This document shows positions 1 to 10,325 of a stretch of 64,000 nucleotides of DNA, piece after piece. Each line of letters opens with the position of its first letter. Position 1 is the stretch's first letter. Position numbers and translations under genes: made by a program. The notes beneath the pieces are model-generated. The model was not told the origin of the DNA. It searched no databases and saw only the letters and a program-made list of their open reading frames with translations. The stretch comes from Octopus bimaculoides (taxonomy: Eukaryota). The DNA lies in the NCBI RefSeq assembly GCF_001194135.2, contig NC_068995.1:52857324-52921323 (forward strand). The letters run 5' to 3'.

Positions 1-19
1 TATATATATACACATATAC

Positions 20-50
<31 letters not shown>

Positions 51-556
51 TATATATGTATGAAATGAGAATTAATTCTCCATGGGTTTCAATGGTGAGC
101 AAGTTTTCTTGTTGTTCACTCAACTGAACGTCAAACACATTGAATTAAATATATAACGGGTTGACAGTGCACAGACTCTCGTTAATCGGTTTTCAGTCCT
201 CAATCCTAAAAATGAGTTAGGACATAGTGAGTGATAAAATGTCCCTATTTTCTTATGGGTGCATGCAGTTCATCAGAAGGCCCACCTAATTGCATTAAGT
301 AAAAAACTGGGGATGATATATGTCATTTTCATTAAAGTCACTTGCATAAGAAACTTCAAGCTTAGATTGAACCTGGTACTTTGTGATTACAAAGTAAAAT
401 TCTTAACAAGTTGGCAAACAGAATTTCTTAAAAACGTAATGCACTTGTCATATACAACTCTTTTCCTTTCTGTCCATGAGCATTTCTCTCTCTCTCTGCC
501 TATCAACCTGTCTGTCTATCTATCTATCTACCTACCTATCCATATGTATATACATA

Positions 557-631
<75 letters not shown>

Positions 632-750
632 CTTAGATAGATACAGATATTTGAAACCAAAGATATGCATACATGCATATATTCATGCATGTGTATGCAT
701 ATGTGTGGGTGTATAATGTGCATACATGCATGTACACACACACACATACA

Positions 751-797
<47 letters not shown>

Positions 798-1631
798 CTA
801 CAACTGTGTGTGTGTGTGTGTGTGTGTGATGCAGTATTTGGGAAAAGTGCTTCACCAGCCCACATGTGCATACATGTGCAAGCAAGCATGTGTTGCATGC
901 ATCAGCATGCATCACTTGCGTGTTTGTTTTCATCGTCCCTAGAGGCCGGCAGCTAGTGGCTGGATGGCTGGCCGGTTTGCAGGCTGGCAGGCAGGCAAGC
1001 CAGTTGGCTGGTTGGTGTGGCGACCATCATAGTTCCTCCTTTTGCTATAAATTCCAAGTATGATTGGTCCAAGGAATATATTCTCTCTCCCTCCACAGAT
1101 CCCGGAATCTGCTATTTCTATATATTTCTAAAAGCTATGACTCAACTTTTACTAAGGCTCACAGCTTTAGAGATCCTTAAAGTTACCGTCTTTTATTATA
1201 TTATATTTACATTCTATGATTTTTTTTTGTATTTGTTTATTTTTTGTTTTTCTTTCTTTTTTTTATGTGTAATGTATACACAGTGAAATACAAGACTTTT
1301 ATCAGAAATAGATCTCAGTCCTGTGTGTGTTTTTGTTATGTTTGTATTTGTTATTGTCTTGTTATTTTTTAATAATTTGTTTAGCTGTTGTTTATCTCTT
1401 ATGGTTATTCTATTATTATTTATATTATTTTCACAAATTTTCTCTATTTTATTCCTTTTTTTTTTAAGTGCTGTTGTAGTTGTTGTTGCAAGAACCAATT
1501 TTCATCTAATTTATTCATGTTAGTTTCTCAAAGTAACAAGAATATTTTTTAGGATCAAATTCTGTTGCCTTCATGCAAATATACACATGTGTACACATAC
1601 ATTCACATTTTATGTATACTTATTTTGTTGA

Positions 1632-1786
1632 GGTGCAGATGTGGTTGGATGGTTAAGAAGCCTGCCTCCTAGCCACATGGTACCAGGTTCAGTCCCTTCG
1701 TGCAGCACCTTCAGCAAATATCTTCTACTATAGCCCTGGGCTGACTAAAACCTTGTGAATGTATTTGGTAGACAGAAACTGAAACA
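1632..1786 (+). mobile_element. SINE family A (tRNA-derived, CORE-like block), 5' half, diverged
   Basis: Head GGTGCAGATGTGGTTGGATGG..AGGTTCAGTCCC, followed by GCACCTTCAGCAAATATCTTCTACTATAGCC..GGTAGACAGAAACTGAAA; matches copies at 63484 and 15783. Confidence 0.75.
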
Positions 1787-1791
1787 AATAT

Positions 1792-1947
1792 GGGCTTCTT
1801 TCAGTTTCTGTCTACCAAATCCACTCACAAGGCTTTGGTCGGCCCGAGGCTATAGTAGAAGACACTTGCCCAAGGTGCTACCAGTGGAACTGAACCCAGA
1901 ACCATGTGGTTCGTAAGCAAGCTACTTACCACACAGCCACTCCTACG
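1792..1947 (-). mobile_element. SINE family A, 5' half
   Basis: Reverse complement reads CGTAGGAGTGGCTGTGTGGTAAGTAGCTTGCTTACGAACCACATGGTTCTGGGTTCAGTTCC..GCACCTTGGGCAAGTGTCTTCTACTATAGCC (Pol III A/B boxes plus CORE-like block). Confidence 0.9.
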
Positions 1948-2328
1948 AATACACATATGTATACATATAAATAAACATGAAGTATGTATCTATAACTATG
2001 TACGTGTACAAATATTTTCATGTACGCATTATGTATGCACACGGATCTGCTCCCAAATACAAAAGAATGCAAACTTTTTTGAGGTTAGAAAATGGATAAA
2101 CATGTCTATAAGTAATATGTTTGTGAATAATACATGACCCAAGGCTTGTAGGCTGCACAAAGATATGCTGATCGACTCACCGATTTATCGATTAACCAAC
2201 CGATTGACCGACTTTCTACCTGTAGGACTATCTATCTATCTATCTATCTGTTTGTCTGTCTGTGCATACACATATATGCACTGTGCATGCCTATGCATAT
2301 CACATGTGTAAGAACATGCACAGACAGA

Positions 2329-2383
<55 letters not shown>

Positions 2384-2582
2384 GATATATATGTGTTTGT
2401 GTGTGTGTGTGTGTGTGATTGAACGCCATACATCCATTTCCAAGTAAGTTTATCTATCTATCTATATGTGTATATTTATATACATAAACGTATATATGCA
2501 TCCGTACACATATGTGTGTATGTGTATATACACATTTAAACAGACATAATAAATACATACATACATACATAGGTGTGTGTGC

Positions 2583-2626
<44 letters not shown>

Positions 2627-3708
2627 CCATCATTATCATCATCGTCGTCATCAAACGTGATTTGAACAAGAGACGGCGTTACTGTCTGGAATCTATATAC
2701 TCTCTTACATCCTTAGAAACAATAGTCTCCAACAGTCTAAATCATTAACGAAACACTTATAAACACTTACTCATCGACATACTACTGCGTAGGACCGCCT
2801 TCAACGCAAAGGAACAGCAAAAACACCAAAACGTAATCAATAAAACAAACGTAGGACACAAAGAATGAATGCAATTTTATAAAGGTATAAAATATGGCCA
2901 CTTAAAAGGTAGGTAAATATCGAATGTGTGGCAGACTGGCATCCAAGGGTCAGGAGGGGGTAATTTCCAACATTCCAAGAAAATGACAAAGATTTTAAAG
3001 TAGAATAAAATGGTGAAACATCAGCAACCCTGTCCCCGAAGGGGGAAAGTTTTCTCAAACAACTAGAACAAAAAAAAAAAAAGCATACACGCGTAAAGTA
3101 ATATTGACAACCTCTTAATTTTTGGGAAAAGTAGCGACGTATGTATGCGTAGATTTACACCAACATCTGTATGTATGTATGTATACACACACACCTAAAT
3201 ATATACACACACATATACATACGCAAAAAGATATATCTATGTGTGTGCGTTGGTGTACGAGTCCGTACGTTTGTATATGTATGCACTAGTGTGTGTTGTG
3301 TGTGCACGTACGTACGTGCGCACACACACGGTATCTTCAACATAAAGTATCCTTCTAAATTTTGGTGGATTCTTCAACATGAAACCTTTCGGTAACATGA
3401 ACTAGCTGTTGCAAGACAAAAATATTGTATCATATATACATGTGAGTGTGTGTATACATATATATATATCAGAGGCAACTGCAGGTTATCAGCGAAACTC
3501 GAGTTCATCACAGATTTCGCATAAGACACATGCCTGCTCGAAGAATTTCACGTTTTCCCGCAATATTTCTAACCCCAAATGGCTTATTTGTTTTATATCA
3601 AGCACACTATGTCTTTCTCCATTTCTAAGTTAAAGGTAAAAATAAAGCAACTCTGAAAAACACAACTGACCTTTACACGCAGCGGAGTGCACAACAAATA
3701 TCACCGAT

Positions 3709-3724
3709 CTGGCTGTCACCTGTA
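3709..3724. repeat. Target-site duplication, copy at the element's 3' end
   Basis: CTGGCTGTCACCTGTA, identical to 5706-5721; the flanking bases differ on both sides. Confidence 0.95.
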
Positions 3725-4075
3725 AATTTCTTTATTCGGCACTGAAGGCCTTAACACAGAGGGGGGCACTACAAGGACAGACAAGCAATACAGTACGTGG
3801 GGTACAACGAATGAATGATGAATGAAATGAATTACTTACAATGAGGTGATGAAATGGCTTACGAGTCCCCCAAAACTCGCAGTTTCATTTAACAGTTCTC
3901 TCATACAGTTAATAATCATGTTTTTTCTTTAGCGATTGTAAGTGGCCACAGCTCCTCTACCGTTACTACACTTGGCAGGGTGTCGTAGCCCACGTATAAT
4001 CCACTTATTTGAAACTTGTCCGGGTGTATCTGTTGTAGTCTCTGCATCACATACTCTTCCACCAATATCGCTTTC

Positions 4076-4421
4076 GGTGGACGTTGGAATTAGACACTGA
4101 GGGAAAATGGCTGTAACTTTTTTATTTTTTAATTTTGGCGATTTTCGTTTTCGTTAATGTGGTCTATATGTCACGGTCATGCGATTCCCCCTAAAAAAAA
4201 TTTTGGACTCCACATATGATCCTTTTTCTGTTTCAATATAAGCTGTTCATTTTCACACCTAAGTTGCGAGAAGGCTATTCGTACGACCTGTCCAAAATTT
4301 TTTTTAGGGGGAATCGCATGACCGTGACATATAGAACACATTATCGAAAACGAAAATCGTCAAAATTAAAAAATAAAAAGTTACAGCCATTTTCCCTCAG
4401 TGTCTAATTCCAATGTCCACC
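4076..4421. mobile_element. MITE (346 bp) with ~132-bp terminal inverted repeats and 8-bp TSD, nested in the ORF1-only element
   Basis: Arms 4076-4208 and 4290-4421 are reverse complements (4 mismatches plus 1 indel by eye). Termini GGTGGAC...GTCCACC. TSD TCGCTTTC at 4068-4075 and 4422-4429. Confidence 0.95.
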
Positions 4422-4552
4422 TCGCTTTCTTTTTTTTCTCAAACGTTTCAGGGTCCAGTTTAAACCTTTTACTTTTGCAATTGTCTTTTCCAATTCTAAA
4501 TCGTTATCGTAAATAATCACTGTTTTGATGTTTTTAAAACCGACTCTTCCAA

Positions 4553-5575
4553 TTACCTTTCCTTGCTCTTGTCTGCTCGTCTATTATCTTGTTCGTCCAT
4601 TTCCTCTGCTTTTCCTTTCTTTTCATTATTTCGTGCTCTGTATCTTGGGTGCGATCCTCGGCCTCGTCTTTTTCGGTTTCCATTTCCTTCCTTTTTTTGA
4701 GGGTTCTTTGGCGGCGATTCAGTCCGCATACGCTTTCTATCTGTTTCTTGAGAAATTTTCTCGCACTCCACAGTTTCTGCCTGTTTTTTCTCCACCTCCT
4801 CTTGTACGCCTTCCACCATCTCCCCTTCACAGACCTCTATTTCTTCCACTTGTACTTCTCTGCGGAGACACACCGCCTGCATGTGTCCCCTACTTTTACA
4901 CTTATAACAAATTGGAGGTCTCCCCTCCACCACAACTCTCAGTCGTGCTCCGTCGGAGAGCTCCACCTCCTCTATTATATTGTGCAGATCTGGTAAGGTT
5001 ATGTGTACGAGTGCATCTATATCAAATCCCCACCAGTTGATCTCTCTCGATTTTTCTATTTTCAAGACTTCCACTTCGTCCTTGCAATTATGAATAACGG
5101 CTGTAACCAGCCATTCCGGGTCTATTTCGGGAGGGGTCCGTCCAATTCTCACACGTGCAACTCTTCTTCCACAATAGGTAGGTAAAATGGCCCACCTAGC
5201 CGTTATTAAGGGTACAGTGGAGTGCTTTTTCGCCTCTTCCTCACTCGCAAATCGCACCTCCACCGTACCAAATTTCCTTCCACGCGCGTAGAATGTTGTT
5301 AAATGTTTGACTTCAGTTAGGCACCGTTCCAATTCGTCCGTCTCTGCCACTTCTATTTTCTTTGTTTCAACCTTAAGCGTTCTGTATGTTATTATTTTCC
5401 TCTCGGCTCGCTCGAAAACTTCCTTCAGCGGTGTTAATTTTAAAACATCACCTTGCTTCTTGAATAATTTCTTGTATTTCTCCAATTTTGTTTTATCCAC
5501 GTGTATCTCTTGCATTTCCATTGCATTGGCAGACAAGTTCCTACTTGTTGCCGCAGCATACGTTGCTTCTTCCAT
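4553..5575 (-). CDS. Non-LTR retrotransposon ORF1 (gag-like nucleic-acid chaperone; RRM-like region plus CX2CX4HX4C zinc knuckle), 340 aa from ATG 5575
   Basis: Intact ORF. N-terminal MEEATYAAAT; RRM-like GTVEVRF..EEEAKK and RVRIGRTPPEI..EWL blocks; VVEGRPPICYKCKSRGHMQAVC knuckle; basic/acidic tail. The ORF track starts at an upstream TTG (5608); the first ATG is at 5575. Confidence 0.85.
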   Translation of the reverse strand: MEEATYAAATSRNLSANAMEMQEIHVDKTKLEKYKKLFKKQGDVLKLTPLKEVFERAERKIITYRTLKVETKKIEVAETDELERCLTEVKHLTTFYARGRKFGTVEVRFASEEEAKKHSTVPLITARWAILPTYCGRRVARVRIGRTPPEIDPEWLVTAVIHNCKDEVEVLKIEKSREINWWGFDIDALVHITLPDLHNIIEEVELSDGARLRVVVEGRPPICYKCKSRGHMQAVCLRREVQVEEIEVCEGEMVEGVQEEVEKKQAETVECEKISQETDRKRMRTESPPKNPQKKEGNGNRKRRGRGSHPRYRARNNEKKGKAEEMDEQDNRRADKSKER

Positions 5576-5705
5576 ACCCGATATGGGCAGGAAAACAATT
5601 TTCAACAATAAATATTAACGAAAATATTTAAACAACAATTCTTAAAACAATTTCAACAGAACGCAAATCAGACAAACTCACCGCGTTAAACGCTTTCTTC
5701 AATCC

Positions 5706-5721
5706 CTGGCTGTCACCTGTA
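5706..5721. repeat. Target-site duplication, copy at the element's 5' end
   Basis: CTGGCTGTCACCTGTA, identical to 3709-3724. Confidence 0.95.
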
Positions 5722-6230
5722 CTCTTGACAAGAGGTGTCAGTTAGTCTTTTATACCTACCAGGCTCGCTCGTATTAGCTTGAGTGAGTTGCTGGATAATC
5801 TTTCGTTCCTTTAAGAATATTGTAGAACGGAAACTGTTCATAGCTTGGAATTTAAATTCTAATCTCTATAGAAATTTATTATTTCAAGAAAAAATTGAAT
5901 TTGAATTACTTTTAATTTATAAGATTATAGATAACAACTCAGGCTGTAACTTCTGAGTCCGAGTGAGGCGCGTGTGAACGATGTCGAGAGAACGTCTGCT
6001 ACGAATGATATTTTTTGACACAGGGCACCTCTAAGACGACCACCAGAAGCTGAACGCAAATAAAGGAACCGCGACCAAGCTCAATAAAAGGAGCCCGAGT
6101 TATTGGCTGCAATTACATATTTGAAGTCAGTGTTGGCAGAAATTAAATCAGCTTGAAAATACATGTTCACTTTACTAAATTTATACTTGGGTTAAACCTG
6201 AAGAGCCTGATATATATATATGTATGTATA

Positions 6231-6385
6231 GACGGGTTTCCACACTGTTACCGTCTGACAAATTTACTCGCAAGACATTGATCGATCCGGGGTATCAGTA
6301 GAATTTACTAGTACATTGTGCCGCGTGACGGGACTGAACCCAAAATCAGCTGGTTGCAAAGCAAGCCTCTTTATCACAACGTCTG
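6231..6385 (-). mobile_element. SINE family A, degenerate 5' half
   Basis: GGGACTGAACCC B-box complement and GACGGGTTTCC..CCGTCT block, matching other family A copies. Confidence 0.55.
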
Positions 6386-8049
6386 TATAATTGAGTATAC
6401 CTTCATAATGCACATTATCTATCTATCTATCTATCTGTCTATGTATCTATATAGATAGATAGATAGAGTAAGAGAAGCAAAGATATATCAAGAGAATTCT
6501 TAAAGAGGTGGGGTATGAGAGGCTGGTTTGCGAGTGGGTGCAGATGATTGTGGTTAACCCTTTTCGCTCGGAGCAATTTCTGTGTGACATGCTTGCTTGC
6601 TTGTATATTACGTTAGATTTAAAAGCCAGAAAAAATAGAACAGACACATACAGCGAAATATATAGCCTTAATACCACTATATATTTACATGCATATTACA
6701 TTATTGTTATTATTATATATGCTATTATTATTATTATTATTATTATTATTGGGGTTTTTTTTTATCCTTTTATTACTGTCTTCCCTATTTTGCAACCATA
6801 GTAATTTGGGGGTAATTTACATAATTATTGAATGAGGAACAAAAAATTGAAATAATACGCACCAAAGTATTTAGGTTTAGTAAAAATCTGATAGAAATAA
6901 ACGGGAGTATTACATAAAATGCGTATAAGTGATTCTGGGAATAGAAATGGAGATATAAGTGTATATCAACACTCTCGTGTTGTTTTTTGTCCTCTCTCTC
7001 TCTTCTCTCTTTCTTTACCTGTATGTGTTTGTGTGTGTGTGTGCATATACACATACACACAATGAGTGTGTGTATATATATGTGCGTGTGTGTGTGTGTA
7101 TGTATATATATATGTATTCATATATCTTCCTCTCTGCCAATACTTATTCATTGCACAGAGAGACATGTTGATAAGAAAGATAAGAAAGGGTGGGAGATGT
7201 AAGTTTATGCATATCTATCTATCTATCTATCGTGAGAGGGATAGAGAGAAACACACACACACACACACACACATATATGTTCGTTTGTTGGTATGTATTT
7301 GTCTTTGTGCTTCTAGGTGTGTATTAGAGGAAAAGACAGTGCGGGAGAATAGAGAAAGGAGAACGTGGGTTGATCTGCAACAAGTGTGAGCACTCTTTCC
7401 GAAGCACTACGACCACCGATGCCATACTGCAATTAACATCGCCATCATGGACTCCTTCATTCTCTCAAACGACGTTGTGCCAAAAAGTCTGGCGGTGGTA
7501 ACTGTCATAGCAGACTGGGTTGTAGTGTTGGTAGTAACAATGATTATAGTGGCAGCGGAGGTGGTACTGCTGGTGGTGGTAGTAGTAGTAGTAGTAGTAT
7601 TGGCTATGGTAGTCAGGGTCTTTAACGAAGTAATGGTAATGGAAATGATTGTAGTTTCAGTAGTGTTGGTTGTAGTAGTAGTAGTGGTATTTAGTGTAGA
7701 CTTGGGGTGGTTGTAACGACCTTAGTGTTAGTCGTACCGTTTGTAATAGTAATAGACACCGGAGAATTAAGTGATAAAAAGCCTTGCCCATGAGCAAATC
7801 TCACTGTCCTCTCCTGGTATCGAAATCACGACTTTATGCTCTTAAGCTAGACGCTTCAATTACCACACACACACACACATTCAAAACAGTAAACTATAAG
7901 GCAATCGATTATGTTCATACACTCATGCACGCACAAAGTCGTCATATCCACGATCGACAAGTTCGTATACACACACACATGCCCGTACAAACAGGAGCGC
8001 GCTTGCACACACCCAGACGTAGCGCGAACTAACACATGAACGTACACAC

Positions 8050-8500
8050 ATGGAAGGCGCTGATTGGCTGATCAGCGTCTTCGCGTTGCATATCCGGTTC
8101 CAGATGCATTTGCTATGATGTCATCGATCTTTGCAGAAAATGCAAAGTTTAAAGTAAGTTCTTAACGAAACATACTGTCAACAAAAAGTAAATAAAAGCA
8201 CATCAATAGTCATTTACCATTCCTTCGTTTTGTCTCGAAGCTATCGGCATATTTAAATAACAACGTAACCTAGTATGGCCGAATGACACAGACATTCGAT
8301 TCGACGAATCAAAATACCTAAATTCTTCACCTCTCTCACAGTAATTACACTTTGAGAAACACTTCTCTTCGAGCCTTTCCCTTTGGTTAATTCTTTACGA
8401 CTGCAAACAGCCACTGTTTTCCTTGAGATAACGCAGTTTTACTTTTAATATTCTAAACTGTTTTGAATTCGCCATCTTTGTTCGTCTGATTTGATTGTTT
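8050..8500. promoter_or_regulatory. Candidate promoter region (orientation unresolved)
   Basis: CpG-rich unique sequence. NF-Y-type CTGATTGGCTG at ~8060-8070, YY1-type CGCCATCTT at ~8470-8478, and a + strand donor AAA|GTAAGT at 8153/8154. Confidence 0.4.
8115..8153 (+). CDS. Candidate first coding exon (MMSSIFAENAKFK), phase 0
   Basis: ATG in frame with a strong GTAAGT donor; no homology recognised. Confidence 0.3.
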
Positions 8501-8751
8501 TCGTTGTTTAGTGTTACATAGACACTGATTGAGCATTTCTTCAATCACAGACCTTTGTGTCACCACCGTTCAATCCCATATATGTGTTATATGTATGTTT
8601 ATATGTATATATATATATATATGAAATATTTTCTCCAAGGTTCTGACGACATAAGAATAGTCGCGACGCAGAAGGTGGGAAGAAAAAGTTAACCATATTA
8701 AAATACGATGTATTCGTAACTTTTAAAATACTTATTGTTGATGTCTTTTAG

Positions 8752-9091
8752 CTTTTATATGTTTCGGTTAGTGGACAGCAGCCATGCTGGAGCAGCGCTT
8801 TGAAGGATTTAGTCGAACAAATCCATCCCAGTATTTATCTTCAAATCAGGTACTTATTCTATCGGTCTCTTTTTGCCGGACTGCTATGTTATGGAGGTGT
8901 AAAGAAACCAACACTGGTTGCCAAGCGGCAATGGGCTTTCTTTCAGCTTCCGTTTACCAAATTCGACTCACAAAGCTTTGGTCGACCCAGGACTATAGTT
9001 GAAGACATTTGCCCAAGGTGACGCGCAGTGGGACTCAACCCATAACCATGTGGTTGGGAAACAAACTTCTTACCACGCCGCTACGCCTGCG
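8752..9091 (-). mobile_element. SINE family A, near full length
   Basis: CCATGCTGGAGCA tail block, TACTTATTCTATCGGTCTCTTTTTGCC, TTGCCCAAGGTG..GCAGTGGGACTCAACCC head. Confidence 0.9.
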
Positions 9092-9123
9092 TCTATAATA
9101 AAAGCAATAACGGGAGAGACAAA

Positions 9124-9334
9124 GGGAGCGAGCTGGCAGAAACGTTAGCACGCCGGGAGAAATGCTTACCGGTATTTCGTCTGTCTATACGTTCTGAGTT
9201 CAAACGCCACCAAGGTCGACTTTGCCTTTCATCCTTTCGGGGTTGATAAATTAAGTTCCAGTTGCGTACTGGGGTCGATCTAATCGACTGGCCCCTCCCC
9301 TAAAATTTCGGGCCTTGTACTTAGAGTAGAAAAG
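9124..9334 (+). mobile_element. SINE family B, full length, with 18-bp TSD
   Basis: GAGCTGGCAGAAACGTTAG (A box), GAGTTCAAA (B box), GCCTTTCATCCTTTCGGGGTTGATAAA central block. Flanked by AATAACGGGAGAGACAAA at 9106-9123 and 9335-9352. Confidence 0.95.
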
Positions 9335-9772
9335 AATAACGGGAGAGACAAAAAGATCACTGACTGCTTAAAAAAATTTTTTTTTTTTTCAATTTGTTTG
9401 TTTTTAGAAGCCGAAAAAGTAGAGCGGCAATGATTAACATAATTATAACGATTATTTCATTGAGGTTTTAAGATCAAGCCCGCATCATGCTGACTGGAAG
9501 GAGACCCGCGTTCGTCGGTGCACGTGCAAGTAATTTTTCCCACCAAAAAGGGGGGAAAAAAGCATTATTAGTGCATTACCGATAGATAATGACTCACCCC
9601 CGTATGTATTATCCCAGGCATTTGCATATATGCACAACACGGCATTTACAGCGGTAATGACTCAAATTTTTTTTTCCACGGATGGAGAGGGACAATAATA
9701 TAATTTTGTCTTTAAAAAAAAAAATATATTTTCTTTCTTGTTTCTTTATTTTCTCGTACTTTTTATTGTTAA

Positions 9773-10325
9773 TGGTGAACTAGCAGAATAGTTAGACTGT
9801 CGGGGGAAAGTGTGTGGTGGTAGTTTCCCTCCACCCCGTCCCCGGCTCTTATATTGTCTAGGTTCAAATGCTGCCGGGGGTCAATTTTGCCTTACATCCT
9901 GTCGGACTCAAGAAAGCAAATTGAGGACTGGGACCGATGTAATTAACTAACGCCTCTACCCGCAAAATGCTGGCCTTGTGTTTATCGTAGAAAAGGTTAT
10001 CATTGGGCGAAATGCTTCGTGGCATTTCGTCTGCCTTTACGTTCTGAGTTCAAGTTCCGCCGACGTCGACTTTGCTTTTTATCCTTTCGAGATCAATAAA
10101 ATAAGTACCAGCTGAAGTACCAGTTAAAGGGGAATTCGATTACATCGATTTACCCCTTCCCCAAAATTTTTGTCCTTCTGCCAAAATTTGAAATCTTTTG
10201 TTATTTTTTTCGTGTGTAAAGGCACTGAGTTGGTAAAATCGTTGGCACACTTTGCGAAATTTCTTCTGGCTTTACGTTGAGGGTTCAGATACCACCGCAG
10301 TCGATTATATCTTTCATTCTTTCAG
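9773..10325 (+). mobile_element. Three consecutive SINE family B copies (9773-9995, 10004-10197, 10220-10325)
   Basis: Repeated TACGTTCTGAGTTCAA and GTCGACTTTGC..ATCCTTTCG blocks in the same orientation. Confidence 0.8.

Larger units (their letters stand above)
3725..5705 (-). mobile_element. ORF1-only (non-autonomous) Tx1/L1-like non-LTR retrotransposon
   Basis: Flanked by identical 16-bp direct repeats CTGGCTGTCACCTGTA (3709-3724 and 5706-5721). Contains a single gag-like ORF1. The minus-strand 3' end reads ...GGCCTTCAGTGCCGAATAAAGAAATTT, with AATAAA at 3731-3736. No RT or endonuclease motifs were seen in the ~830 bp after ORF1. Clade assignment is inferred from ORF1 architecture. Confidence 0.85.
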
